From NCBI GenBank assembly GCA_000996355.1, contig LCAH01000001.1:85958-149957 (forward strand): a stretch of 64,000 bases of DNA, given 5' to 3'. This stretch comes from Candidatus Uhrbacteria bacterium GW2011_GWC2_41_11. GTDB taxonomy: Bacteria; Patescibacteriota; Patescibacteriia; UBA9934; GWF2-40-263. Each line of letters starts with the position of its first letter. Within the stretch, counting starts at the first letter, position 1. This document shows positions 9,319 through 17,708 of the stretch, piece by piece. The notes beneath the pieces were generated by a model. It was not told where the DNA came from and did not search any database. It worked only from the letters and a program-made list of their open reading frames with translations. The position numbers and the translations under genes were made by a program.

Positions 9319-10806
9319 TTAGGTGCGGACAAGTGAAGTACTTGTTTCGCCAAGAATAATAAGGAAATCAACATTTTTTTCCGTGGTTTTTGCTTCCGTA
9401 TTTTCATTGCTTACAGAAATTTCTTTTGGAACAATGCCTTTTGCAAACATCCATCCGGAAGCAGACATAGAAATATCCGCTTTTAAAAATTCTTGAAGAA
9501 TTTTTAATTCCTCGGTTCGTTGTCCGTCTGTGAGATCATAAATAACGGTGCGAGAATATTCGCGTTCAGCTGCGTTTCCAATTTTCACCACTTCAAATCC
9601 CTGACCTTCCAGAAGTTGAGCGGTGTAGGAAGCTAAGCCTTTTGTTCCTGTTCCATTCTGAATTTCTACACGAACAAAATGGGTTTGTTTTTCCGGAGCT
9701 TTTGCAAGAACATCTTCTTTCCAAGTGGTTGAATCAAAGACATGATCCGCAAGAAGACGAAGCGGTTCCCAGTCATCATTTTTTGGAAGAAGAACAAACC
9801 CAAGCCCTTCCAGAGAAGTCGGATAGATCGGACTGTCTGGAGATGTATCCAACACATGGTTCACGATATTGTTTGAGTCGTAGTTTCGCAAAAGTTTTGC
9901 TAAACGCACCATTTCCCATAGAGAAAGATTCGTCTGAACGTGACCTTCCAACATGGTGAAAATTCCATTGATTTTTCCTGGATTGAGCCAGGTGTTCAGA
10001 CGAAACGTTTTTTCCTTTACAGCCAGAAGAATTTTTTGCTGACGTCGGCTACGGGCGAAATCTGAGCCTTCCCCATTTGTTCCATGACGGGATCTGGTAT
10101 AAATGAGAGCAGTTTTTCCATCCATGGTTTGCCATCCTTCTTTAAAGGAGATTGTTTGAATAAGATCGTCTTCTGTTGGGTATTGCGAATCAACGAAGGA
10201 ATGTTCGACAAAAACATCAACACCTCCCAAGGTATCAATCAGTTCTTGAAAAGCGTCAAAGTCCACCTTGACATAATAATGGATGTTTTGTCCAAATAGA
10301 TTGCTTAAAACTTTGCCTGTTTCCGCTGCTCCGGTTCCTGGATCATCTTTTTCCGCAAGAGCGTTGACGGAGTTGATTTTTCGCCATCCATAGCCTGGAA
10401 CAGGGACAGTTAAGTCTCGAGGGATGGAAAACATTCCAACAGAAGTGTCTGACGGGCGTACGCTGCCAAAAATAATAGTGTCTGTAAGTTCAGGACCGTC
10501 ATGTCCAGCGCCTCCCACTCCGAGTAAGAGAAAATTGATACGGTCCCCTTCTTCTCCTTTTAAGAGTTTGTCATCTGTTTGAACAAGTTCGCGGAGCGTG
10601 GAGAAGAGGGAGAGACGGGGAAATGATCCGAGACGAGCCTCACCACTCGTGGCAACTTGGTGGGAAAAAATTCCTCCAAATGAAGCAATCACGATCGAAA
10701 CAATAACAAAAAGACGGCGGAAAAAAATAAATGGCCGCGTTCCATCTGTGTCCAGTCGATATTTTTTTCGCAAGAAATCAATCTTCAAATCATCCATACG
10801 AATCAT
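9319..10806 (-). CDS. LCP (LytR-CpsA-Psr) family phosphotransferase with C-terminal LytR_C domain
   Basis: N-terminal TM, LTDTII, SIPRDL, KINS, RSRH...SDFARSRRQQ, VEIQNGTGTKGLA. Confidence 0.93.
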   Translation of the reverse strand: MIRMDDLKIDFLRKKYRLDTDGTRPFIFFRRLFVIVSIVIASFGGIFSHQVATSGEARLGSFPRLSLFSTLRELVQTDDKLLKGEEGDRINFLLLGVGGAGHDGPELTDTIIFGSVRPSDTSVGMFSIPRDLTVPVPGYGWRKINSVNALAEKDDPGTGAAETGKVLSNLFGQNIHYYVKVDFDAFQELIDTLGGVDVFVEHSFVDSQYPTEDDLIQTISFKEGWQTMDGKTALIYTRSRHGTNGEGSDFARSRRQQKILLAVKEKTFRLNTWLNPGKINGIFTMLEGHVQTNLSLWEMVRLAKLLRNYDSNNIVNHVLDTSPDSPIYPTSLEGLGFVLLPKNDDWEPLRLLADHVFDSTTWKEDVLAKAPEKQTHFVRVEIQNGTGTKGLASYTAQLLEGQGFEVVKIGNAAEREYSRTVIYDLTDGQRTEELKILQEFLKADISMSASGWMFAKGIVPKEISVSNENTEAKTTEKNVDFLIILGETSTSLVRT

Positions 10807-10870
10807 TGAGTATTATAAGGAAGAAGAAGAGGAAAAACAAGAGGAGAGTAATAAAAAAAAGACGATGTTT

Positions 10871-10913
10871 AAAATAAAAACCCTTTGAAAGGAAAACATT
10901 CCTACAAAGGGTT
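10871..10913 (-). terminator. Terminator of orphan gene 10922-12211
   Basis: AACCCTTTG...CAAAGGGTT stem followed by a U run on the minus strand. Confidence 0.7.
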
Positions 10914-10921
10914 GTGTCGAT

Positions 10922-12211
10922 TTACACAAGCGGGAAATTTTTTTTGAGAAACTCCCCGAATTGTTCGACGAATTCTTCGTCATACCAATCATCCCAGGTG
11001 TACTGGGAGAGTGGTTCTATTCCACTCCTATCAAGAAAGATTTGAACATTGTCCACCCACCAATCCTTGCTTGACGAACCTATGTTATCGTCAAGAAAGA
11101 TTCCGTGGACTTGCCTGGTACCGACAATGGCGAATCCACTTGGGTAGTTGTCACTGGCATAGAGGACACTTCCTCCGTACCCATGAATCTTCAGCGCTTT
11201 GACCCAATCTTTAAAGAGAGAGGATTCGGAATAGATAAAGAAATTATACGATTTCTTTGCCTTTGGTCCAGGTATAACTGTGACACCAAAGGCACCAAGC
11301 ACCGTTTCGTCTCTGACTTTTTCAATCAGAGGGACGTCGGCGTCTTTGTAACGCTGAATGCGCTGCGCGTCTTTTATGAGACCTTGTGCCTCAATGTCCA
11401 AACACACAAGGAATTCCAGTTTTATTCCATCCGCAGCGGCTTTTTCCCGCAGCTCTGCAATGACTTGTCGAGTCTTCTCAACTTCACCGCGTCGGATATA
11501 CGTGAAAATTTCGTCCGTTTTCCAAAGCGGGGAAGGAAAGACCTCCCCTTTTTTTTCAAGAAACTGAATGAGAGTTCCACTAATTGTCGGTGTATCAGTG
11601 GAAGAGACATCGATTTCTTGTGTCCCAATAGATTCGGAGACAAAGTCAAAGACAAGTCGACAAAGATATTGCCGATCGTCTGTTCTTTTTTTGTCGACCC
11701 CTCCGAAACGAGTCCATGTCTCTTTGACAAGGATTGTCCCGTCCGCTGTTGAGAGTTCGTAGCTCGCCTGTTGAGAAGTATCTTTTCGTATGCCCCATTG
11801 CATGGAGATAAGAAGTTCGTCGCCGAGGGTCATCCCGAGATTTATTCCCGCAGGTTTCGTCTGCGAAAGATAATCACCCAGGGTCAGACCGCGGTCTTTG
11901 GGTCTTACGATACGGAGCGGTGCGCCCGCGATTGCTTCCAGCAGTTTAATTCGCGGAAGCACGGCGTCCTTCAGGTAAATGTCGAGCTCGTCATCTTTGA
12001 GACTACGGATCGTGTCGTCGAACACATCCTTTCCATGATCTCTGCGGATGATCGCGAGGAACCGGCAACTCCTGGCTTCCTCATCGCTATAGTTTAGCGA
12101 CTGCGCCTTTTCAAATGCACCATTTGGACTCATTGTTCCTGCAATCTGCAGGAGTTCTTCATGAGTCAGTGCCAATCGTGATCGAACTTTCAAATCTTCT
12201 ATATCTCTCAT
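10922..12211 (-). CDS. Hypothetical orphan protein (429 aa)
   Basis: Long ORF with SD AGGAGG (CAGGAGGATGAA-ATG), an upstream TTGACA and a downstream terminator; family not recognised. Confidence 0.85.
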   Translation of the reverse strand: MRDIEDLKVRSRLALTHEELLQIAGTMSPNGAFEKAQSLNYSDEEARSCRFLAIIRRDHGKDVFDDTIRSLKDDELDIYLKDAVLPRIKLLEAIAGAPLRIVRPKDRGLTLGDYLSQTKPAGINLGMTLGDELLISMQWGIRKDTSQQASYELSTADGTILVKETWTRFGGVDKKRTDDRQYLCRLVFDFVSESIGTQEIDVSSTDTPTISGTLIQFLEKKGEVFPSPLWKTDEIFTYIRRGEVEKTRQVIAELREKAAADGIKLEFLVCLDIEAQGLIKDAQRIQRYKDADVPLIEKVRDETVLGAFGVTVIPGPKAKKSYNFFIYSESSLFKDWVKALKIHGYGGSVLYASDNYPSGFAIVGTRQVHGIFLDDNIGSSSKDWWVDNVQIFLDRSGIEPLSQYTWDDWYDEEFVEQFGEFLKKNFPLV

Positions 12212-12348
12212 TTCATCCTCCTGTGGCGTGCCACGTAGCGTGCCTATTTTTCGGATTGCACTCCTTTTTAAGAGAAAGGAGGTTTTTACTTATCAGAATT
12301 TAAGTATTTTGTCAATTTTTGAAAACAAAAAACATCCTCATGATGTTC

Positions 12349-12425
12349 TGGTGGACGCACCTGGATTCGAACCAGGGACCTCTGCAATGTGAATGCAGCG
12401 CTCTAACCAACTGAGCTATGCGTCC
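12349..12425 (-). tRNA. tRNA-Val (CAC)
   Basis: Reverse complement folds into a cloverleaf: GGACGCA/TGCGTCC acceptor stem, anticodon arm CTGCA-TTCACAT-TGCAG, TTCGAAT T-loop, encoded CCA. Confidence 0.96.
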
Positions 12426-12540
12426 ATGTCTGGCAGAATAGCAAAGGTTTCTTTTCTCTTCAAGAGAGAGATTGAAGACTTGTCGTGATGTTTTTTTTCT
12501 GATATTGTGACCCTATCTTAAGCCTTTTTTCATAAGGATT

Positions 12541-13158
12541 ATGTCTTTTTTTCACGGATCAGATCATACGCCGGATCAGTTCTGGCATAGAAAATTCGGA
12601 CCCGTGGTTGGGGCGGGAATTCTTTTTGTGTTGGAGATTATCCAGATTTTGGTTTTTTCCGCAGCGATTATCATTCCCATCCGATATTTTCTTATCCAGC
12701 CTTTTTATGTAAAAGGAGCATCCATGGAGCCGAATTTTTATGATCACGAATATCTTCTTATTGATGAAATCAGTTATCGATTTCGTGAACCGAAACGGGG
12801 AGATATTATTGTATTCCGTTATCCGCGGAATCCTTCTGAATTCTTTATTAAACGTGTGGTTGGTTTACCAGGAGAAACCGTCGAAATTTTGGATGGAGTT
12901 GTTACGCTCTATAATAATGAACATCCAAATGGTATTCGACTCGAGGAATCTTATTTGTCCGGTGCCTATACGCCAGGTCGTATAAAATATGTGCTTGGTT
13001 CTGATGAATATATCGTATTGGGAGACAATCGTGATGCGAGTTTGGATTCGCGCGCATTTGGTCCTGTAAAACGAGATGAATTGGTTGGACGCGTTTGGAT
13101 ACGGGGACTTCCTCTCAATCGTGCGGGAATTTTTGAAACTCCAGAGTATCCGTTGTAA
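12541..13158 (+). CDS. lepB: Signal peptidase I
   Basis: V.GASMEPN, RGDIIVF, FIKRVVGLPGE, LGDNRDASLDSR.FG. Confidence 0.97.
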   Translation: MSFFHGSDHTPDQFWHRKFGPVVGAGILFVLEIIQILVFSAAIIIPIRYFLIQPFYVKGASMEPNFYDHEYLLIDEISYRFREPKRGDIIVFRYPRNPSEFFIKRVVGLPGETVEILDGVVTLYNNEHPNGIRLEESYLSGAYTPGRIKYVLGSDEYIVLGDNRDASLDSRAFGPVKRDELVGRVWIRGLPLNRAGIFETPEYPL

Positions 13159-13162
13159 TTAT

Positions 13163-13183
13163 GAAACATGAATTTCATGTTTC
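13163..13183. repeat. Perfect 10-bp inverted repeat between lepB and hisS
   Basis: GAAACATGAA-T-TTCATGTTTC. Confidence 0.6.
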
Positions 13184-13199
13184 TTTCATTTGAGCGTTT

Positions 13200-14630
13200 A
13201 TGCCTAAAAAAGTATTTTCAATAAAAAAATCTGTGAGTTCAAAAAAAGCTCCGGAATCCGAGGAAGAATTATTTTCAGAACCTTCAGAAACAAAGAAGGC
13301 AGTTGTCAATTCTCCATCCGTTGTTCGTGCAGGAAAGAGAACCCCGGAACTCTTACGTGGATTTCGAGATATTTTACCGGACGAACAGCCTTATTGGGAT
13401 ATGGTTCGGGATGCAACGCGTTCTGTGGCTGAAGCATACAGTTTTGATCGGATTGATTTGCCGATTTTGGAACGAGAAGAATTGATTTTGCGTACGATTG
13501 GAAAACAGACGGACATTGTAGAAAAAGAGATGTATGCGTTTGAGGATCAGGGGGGAGATCGGGTTGTGTTACGTCCTGAAATGACTGCATCTGCTGTCCG
13601 AGCGTATATCAATCACGGCATGCTGAATCTATCACAGCCGGTTAAGTTATATTACATGGGTCCGAATTTTCGCTATGAACGTCCACAGGCAGGGAGATAT
13701 CGTCAACATCATCAGATCGGGTTTGAAGTGATGGGAAGTGAAGAACCTATCCTAGATGCTCAGCTTATGGTTCTCACGTTTCATTTATTGAAGGATCTTG
13801 GTATCGATACGGTCATGCATGTGAATTCCATTGGAACACTCGAATCTCGTCAGCAATATAAAACAGAATTGACTTCGTATTATCGCAGCAAGCGCAATCA
13901 GATTTGCGAAGATTGCAAACGGCGTCTTTTGAAAAATCCGTTGCGTCTTTTGGATTGTAAAGTAGAGACCTGTCAGCCGATCAAAGCGGATGCACCGCAA
14001 ATTCTTGATTGGTTGGATGAAGATTCGAAAAATCATTTCATGCACGTTCTTGAATTTTTAGATGAGGCAGGAGTGCCTTATACACTTGATTCCAGGCTGG
14101 TTCGAGGGCTGGACTATTATACGCGTACTGTTTTTGAGATTTGGGCGGCGGCGGATGAAGGGGAACGTTCACAGAATTCTTTGGGCGGCGGTGGACGCTA
14201 TGATAATCTCATTGAAATGCTTGGCGGAAGGGAGGGAACTCCGGCCTGCGGAGTAGCCCTTGGAATGGAACGAATCATCTTGGCTATGCGTGAACTTCAA
14301 GTAGAAATACCTAAACATGGAGCAGATGTTTTTTTTGCTCAGCTCGGGGATGCTGCTCGCAGGCAGGGATTGCGGCTCTTTGAAGAATGTCGACGTTCCG
14401 GTATCCGTATTCGTGAGGCATTTGGAAAAAATGCCTTGAAGACTCAATTGGAACTGGCAAATAAATGTGCCGTTCCTTATACATTGATTTTGGGGCAGAA
14501 GGAAGTCTTAGATGGAACCATTATCATTCGAGATATGGAATCGGGTGCGCAGGAGATTGCTGATGTAACAAAAATCGTTTCTCTTTTAAAAAAGAAGCTT
14601 GAACCAAAGGAAAAGGAAGAAAAAAGTTGA
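13200..14630 (+). CDS. hisS: Histidine--tRNA ligase
   Basis: RGFRDILP, KEMY.F.D, LRPEMTA, FRYERPQAGRYRQHHQ, LVRGLDYY, GGGRYD. Confidence 0.98.
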   Translation: MPKKVFSIKKSVSSKKAPESEEELFSEPSETKKAVVNSPSVVRAGKRTPELLRGFRDILPDEQPYWDMVRDATRSVAEAYSFDRIDLPILEREELILRTIGKQTDIVEKEMYAFEDQGGDRVVLRPEMTASAVRAYINHGMLNLSQPVKLYYMGPNFRYERPQAGRYRQHHQIGFEVMGSEEPILDAQLMVLTFHLLKDLGIDTVMHVNSIGTLESRQQYKTELTSYYRSKRNQICEDCKRRLLKNPLRLLDCKVETCQPIKADAPQILDWLDEDSKNHFMHVLEFLDEAGVPYTLDSRLVRGLDYYTRTVFEIWAAADEGERSQNSLGGGGRYDNLIEMLGGREGTPACGVALGMERIILAMRELQVEIPKHGADVFFAQLGDAARRQGLRLFEECRRSGIRIREAFGKNALKTQLELANKCAVPYTLILGQKEVLDGTIIIRDMESGAQEIADVTKIVSLLKKKLEPKEKEEKS

Positions 14631-14655
14631 CAACAAATTGATTTTTCAGTATCTT
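14627..14655 (+). promoter_or_regulatory. sigma70-type promoter of rpsU
   Basis: TTGACA-17 nt-TATCTT. Confidence 0.7.
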
Positions 14656-14726
14656 TTTGCCGAAAGGTTCGGGGTCGTTAAACGACCTATTTATCCAAAA
14701 GAGATTTTTTGAAATTCTCTTTATCT

Positions 14727-14742
14727 AAGAAAGGAAGGTGAT
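14727..14742 (+). promoter_or_regulatory. Extended Shine-Dalgarno element of rpsU
   Basis: AAGAAAGGAAGGTGAT, 5 nt before the GTG start; near-complement of the canonical 16S 3' end AUCACCUCCUUUCU with one extra A. Confidence 0.8.
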
Positions 14743-14747
14743 TATCT

Positions 14748-14999
14748 GTGCTTGATATTAAACGTCGTAAAGGAGAAAGCTTTGAAAGTATGCTCCGCCG
14801 ATTTACAAAACGGATCCAGGAAAGCGGAAAAATGCTTCAGGCAAAAAAAATTCGTTTTCATACGAAAAAGAAAAATAAGAACGCCGCTCGCAAGAGTGCA
14901 CTGCGTCGCATTGAATTGGCAACCAAGCGGGAATATCTCATCAAGACAGGTCGTCTCACCGAAGAGGATCAGCGACATCAACACCGTTCATATCGATAA
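14748..14999 (+). CDS. rpsU: 30S ribosomal protein bS21
   Basis: GESFESMLRRFTK...SG, basic, 83 aa, followed by yqeY (conserved rpsU-yqeY synteny). Confidence 0.9.
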   Translation: MLDIKRRKGESFESMLRRFTKRIQESGKMLQAKKIRFHTKKKNKNAARKSALRRIELATKREYLIKTGRLTEEDQRHQHRSYR

Positions 15000-15008
15000 G
15001 ATAAAAAG

Positions 15009-15044
15009 AAAAAAGGTGATGTGGCTTTGCTCGTCACCTTTTTT
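15009..15044 (+). terminator. Intrinsic terminator after rpsU
   Basis: AAAAAAGGTGA...TCACCTTTTTT hairpin. Confidence 0.75.
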
Positions 15045-15055
15045 AAAAAAAATGT

Positions 15056-15499
15056 ATGTCTATACTTGAACGAATTCAACAGGAGACAACGGCAGCCATG
15101 AAAGAACATCGAGAGGCGGAACTTTCTACCCTTCGTCTTTTGCGTGCGGCTTTGAAGAATCGACAAATTGAATTATTGCGGGAATTGTCAGATGAGGATG
15201 TTCTTGCCATTGTGCGTTCACAAATAAAACAGATAAAAGATGCAATTGTTTCTTTTGAAGCCGGGCAGCGTGCAGATTTAATTGAGAAGGCAAAAGCGGA
15301 AATAAAAGTGTTGGAACACTATCTTCCTGCTCCTTTATCTCAAGAAGAACTTGTGACAATCGTGCGGACTGCTTTGGAAGCGGCAGGTCTTTCAAAAAAA
15401 ACAGATAAGGGAAAAGCCATGGGTATTGCCATGAAAGCGCTCGCGGGTCGTGCAGATGGAACACAAATAAAAGAGGTTGTTGAGACCTGTTTGGCCTAA
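15056..15499 (+). CDS. GatB/YqeY domain protein
   Basis: AMK...LSTLRLLRAALKN..IE, F..GQRADL, E..VL..YLP..LS.EEL, GKAMG...GRADG. Confidence 0.93.
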   Translation: MSILERIQQETTAAMKEHREAELSTLRLLRAALKNRQIELLRELSDEDVLAIVRSQIKQIKDAIVSFEAGQRADLIEKAKAEIKVLEHYLPAPLSQEELVTIVRTALEAAGLSKKTDKGKAMGIAMKALAGRADGTQIKEVVETCLA

Positions 15500-15501
15500 T
15501 T

Positions 15502-15744
15502 ATGATCGAGCATCTTTCTTCTATTGTGATGCAGGAATGGTTTTTTCGTTTTGTACGAGTCTTGTCTCTTTTTGCCATGATTATTTTTATTCACAGCATT
15601 TTGTTTGGAGCATTTAAACATATGAATGCTTCCGGTCGTGATGATTTGACAGGGGATGGTCGAAAATACATATTGACTGGAACACTTGGCGCGATTGCAA
15701 TGATGATGTTTTTTTTCATGGCTTCGGCTGCTCTTGCTGATTGA
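15502..15744 (+). CDS. Small two-TM VirB2/TrbC-like pilin-like protein
   Basis: Two hydrophobic helices joined by GAFKHMNASGRDDLTGDGRKYI, which parallels YAGYLYMISSGD...AKKII and YGGFLWMTSRGE...AKMIM in the next two genes. Confidence 0.6.
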   Translation: MIEHLSSIVMQEWFFRFVRVLSLFAMIIFIHSILFGAFKHMNASGRDDLTGDGRKYILTGTLGAIAMMMFFFMASAALAD

Positions 15745-15845
15745 CGATTGCGGGATGTTTTTATTTCTCTGGGCATGAGAAATGATTTCGTGTACAATAA
15801 AGAAAAATTGGCTGAGGTTTCATGTTGCAGAGAGGGAACCACAAT

Positions 15846-17699
15846 ATGCGTTTACGAAAGACCGCCATGGCTCTTGGCGTATTTGTGTTTGTGGGGATTT
15901 TGATGGTGTTAGGAACAAGAGATGTTTACGCACAAATAAACAGTGCAAGCGTGAATGCTGTCGGTTCTGCTTCCGGATTGTCTACGCAGGAATTAACGAT
16001 TCTTATTGCTCGTATCATTCGGGCAGCGCTTGGTGTTCTTGGAATTGTTTTCGTTGCACTGATTGTGTATGCCGGTTATTTGTACATGATTTCATCCGGC
16101 GATCCGGTGAAAACAGCGAATGCAAAAAAAATCATCAAAAGTGCTGCGATAGGTCTTGTCATTATTTTTGCTTCGTATTCCATTGCGAGTTATGTCCTTG
16201 GAAGATTATTAGCTGCGGCCGGACTCGCAGGAACAACGACAACAACAGCTGCACCATATTCAGAACCATTATCCGGTTCTCTTGGATCTGGAATGATTGA
16301 AAATCATTACCCAGGACGCAACGCTATTGATATTCCTCGCAATACTCGAATCATGATTACATTCAAGGAACCAATGAATCCTGATTCTTTTGTAAAGGAT
16401 GATGATAAGGATCCAGCGACAACCGATGATATGAATACAGATAATCTTTTGATCTATCCAACGGATTCTGTGAATGGATCTGAAGGAGTTGAAGCAAAAG
16501 ATGTTGCATTGGCGAGTACGGCTGTTGCGGTTAGTTATACGGAAGATCTTCGTACCTTTGTTTTTGATCCTATTGATTTGTTGGGGAATGCGCTTGAAGA
16601 TACAAATTATACCGTGAAAATACAGCCAGATAGTTTGAAAGCTGATGGAACAGCAGTGTTTTCCGGAGCCTATGCAGAAGGATATGAATGGAGTTTTGAA
16701 GTTTCAACCGAAGTAGACCTCACTCCTCCAAAAGTGGTCTCTGCCATTCCTGTCTCTTCAGACAATCCATACGATCGGAATGTGACGATTCAGATCACAT
16801 TTAATGAGGCTATGGATCCCGTTGCTGTATCCGGAACCTACGATCCGAATCAAGAAAAAACATTTTCTAATATCGAAATAGTAGCCACTCCTGAGGGAGA
16901 AACGAAAAATAACGTTTATGGATCTTTTCTTATAAGTAATGGATACAAGACCGTAGAATTTACCTCGTTTGATGCATGCAGCAAGGATCCTTGCGGAGAT
17001 ACCATTTATTGTCTGCCAGCGCTTGCAAATATCGAAGTACAAGCACATGCAGCAGGTTTGAGTACCGATCCGCCTCAAGCTTCCATGATAGGTGGTTTGT
17101 TTGATGGACTAGCTGATGCGGCAGGAAATTCTCTTGATGGAGATGGAGATGGAACTGCAGAAGGTCCTGGGGTAAGTTTAGATGATTATCAATGGAATTT
17201 TCAGACATCAGACGCTATTAATGATGATGTTCCAGAAATTATTTCTTTGTCTCCGGGAATTCGAGAAGAAAATGTGGATTTGAACACACAGGTGAAAGTG
17301 ACGTTTAATATGCTTATGCAGTCATCTTCATTAAATAGTGATGCGATTCGTCTTATTCCAGATCAGGTACAGGAACTTTGGTATACTCTTTCGCAGATGT
17401 CTTTAAATAGCAACTTTCAACCAGCAAATGTAGAAGAAAACCCTGTTTATACCCAGGCAATGGTGGATCATGCTTCTTTTTGGGAGAGTGATGAAACACA
17501 GGGAATTTTTTATAATTACTATCCTGTCATTTCGAATGATGTAAAGAGCGTCTATCAGATTTGTATGTATCCATCATACGGACCGTCCAATAGTGAAAGT
17601 TTTTCCTCGTGTGCAACCACATTGCAACCGTATTGTTGTGATGGACTTCCTTCAAATAAGGCGTGTACAACAAATAAGGGAACAACCCTCGGTGATTAG
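15846..17699 (+). CDS. Pilin (VirB2/TrbC-like) N-terminal domain fused to SbsA/Big_5 Ig-like domains
   Basis: Signal peptide ending VYA-Q, pilin hairpin, Ig-like motifs (YPGRNAIDIPRNTRIMITFKEPM, DLTPPKVVSAIP...ITFNEAMDP, GLADAAGNSLDGDGDG), Cys-rich C-terminus. Confidence 0.85.
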   Translation: MRLRKTAMALGVFVFVGILMVLGTRDVYAQINSASVNAVGSASGLSTQELTILIARIIRAALGVLGIVFVALIVYAGYLYMISSGDPVKTANAKKIIKSAAIGLVIIFASYSIASYVLGRLLAAAGLAGTTTTTAAPYSEPLSGSLGSGMIENHYPGRNAIDIPRNTRIMITFKEPMNPDSFVKDDDKDPATTDDMNTDNLLIYPTDSVNGSEGVEAKDVALASTAVAVSYTEDLRTFVFDPIDLLGNALEDTNYTVKIQPDSLKADGTAVFSGAYAEGYEWSFEVSTEVDLTPPKVVSAIPVSSDNPYDRNVTIQITFNEAMDPVAVSGTYDPNQEKTFSNIEIVATPEGETKNNVYGSFLISNGYKTVEFTSFDACSKDPCGDTIYCLPALANIEVQAHAAGLSTDPPQASMIGGLFDGLADAAGNSLDGDGDGTAEGPGVSLDDYQWNFQTSDAINDDVPEIISLSPGIREENVDLNTQVKVTFNMLMQSSSLNSDAIRLIPDQVQELWYTLSQMSLNSNFQPANVEENPVYTQAMVDHASFWESDETQGIFYNYYPVISNDVKSVYQICMYPSYGPSNSESFSSCATTLQPYCCDGLPSNKACTTNKGTTLGD

Positions 17700-17708
17700 T
17701 CACAACAC

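Noticed and set aside
9315-9407. 31-aa N-terminal extension of Der given by the ORF track
   Set aside because: It overlaps the LCP gene end; the ATG at 9314 gives a normal Der N-terminus
13163-13183. parS site (contains TGAAACA/TGTTTC half-sites)
   Set aside because: The half-sites are in the reverse order to parS (TGTTTCACGTGAAACA); no convincing parS was seen in the window
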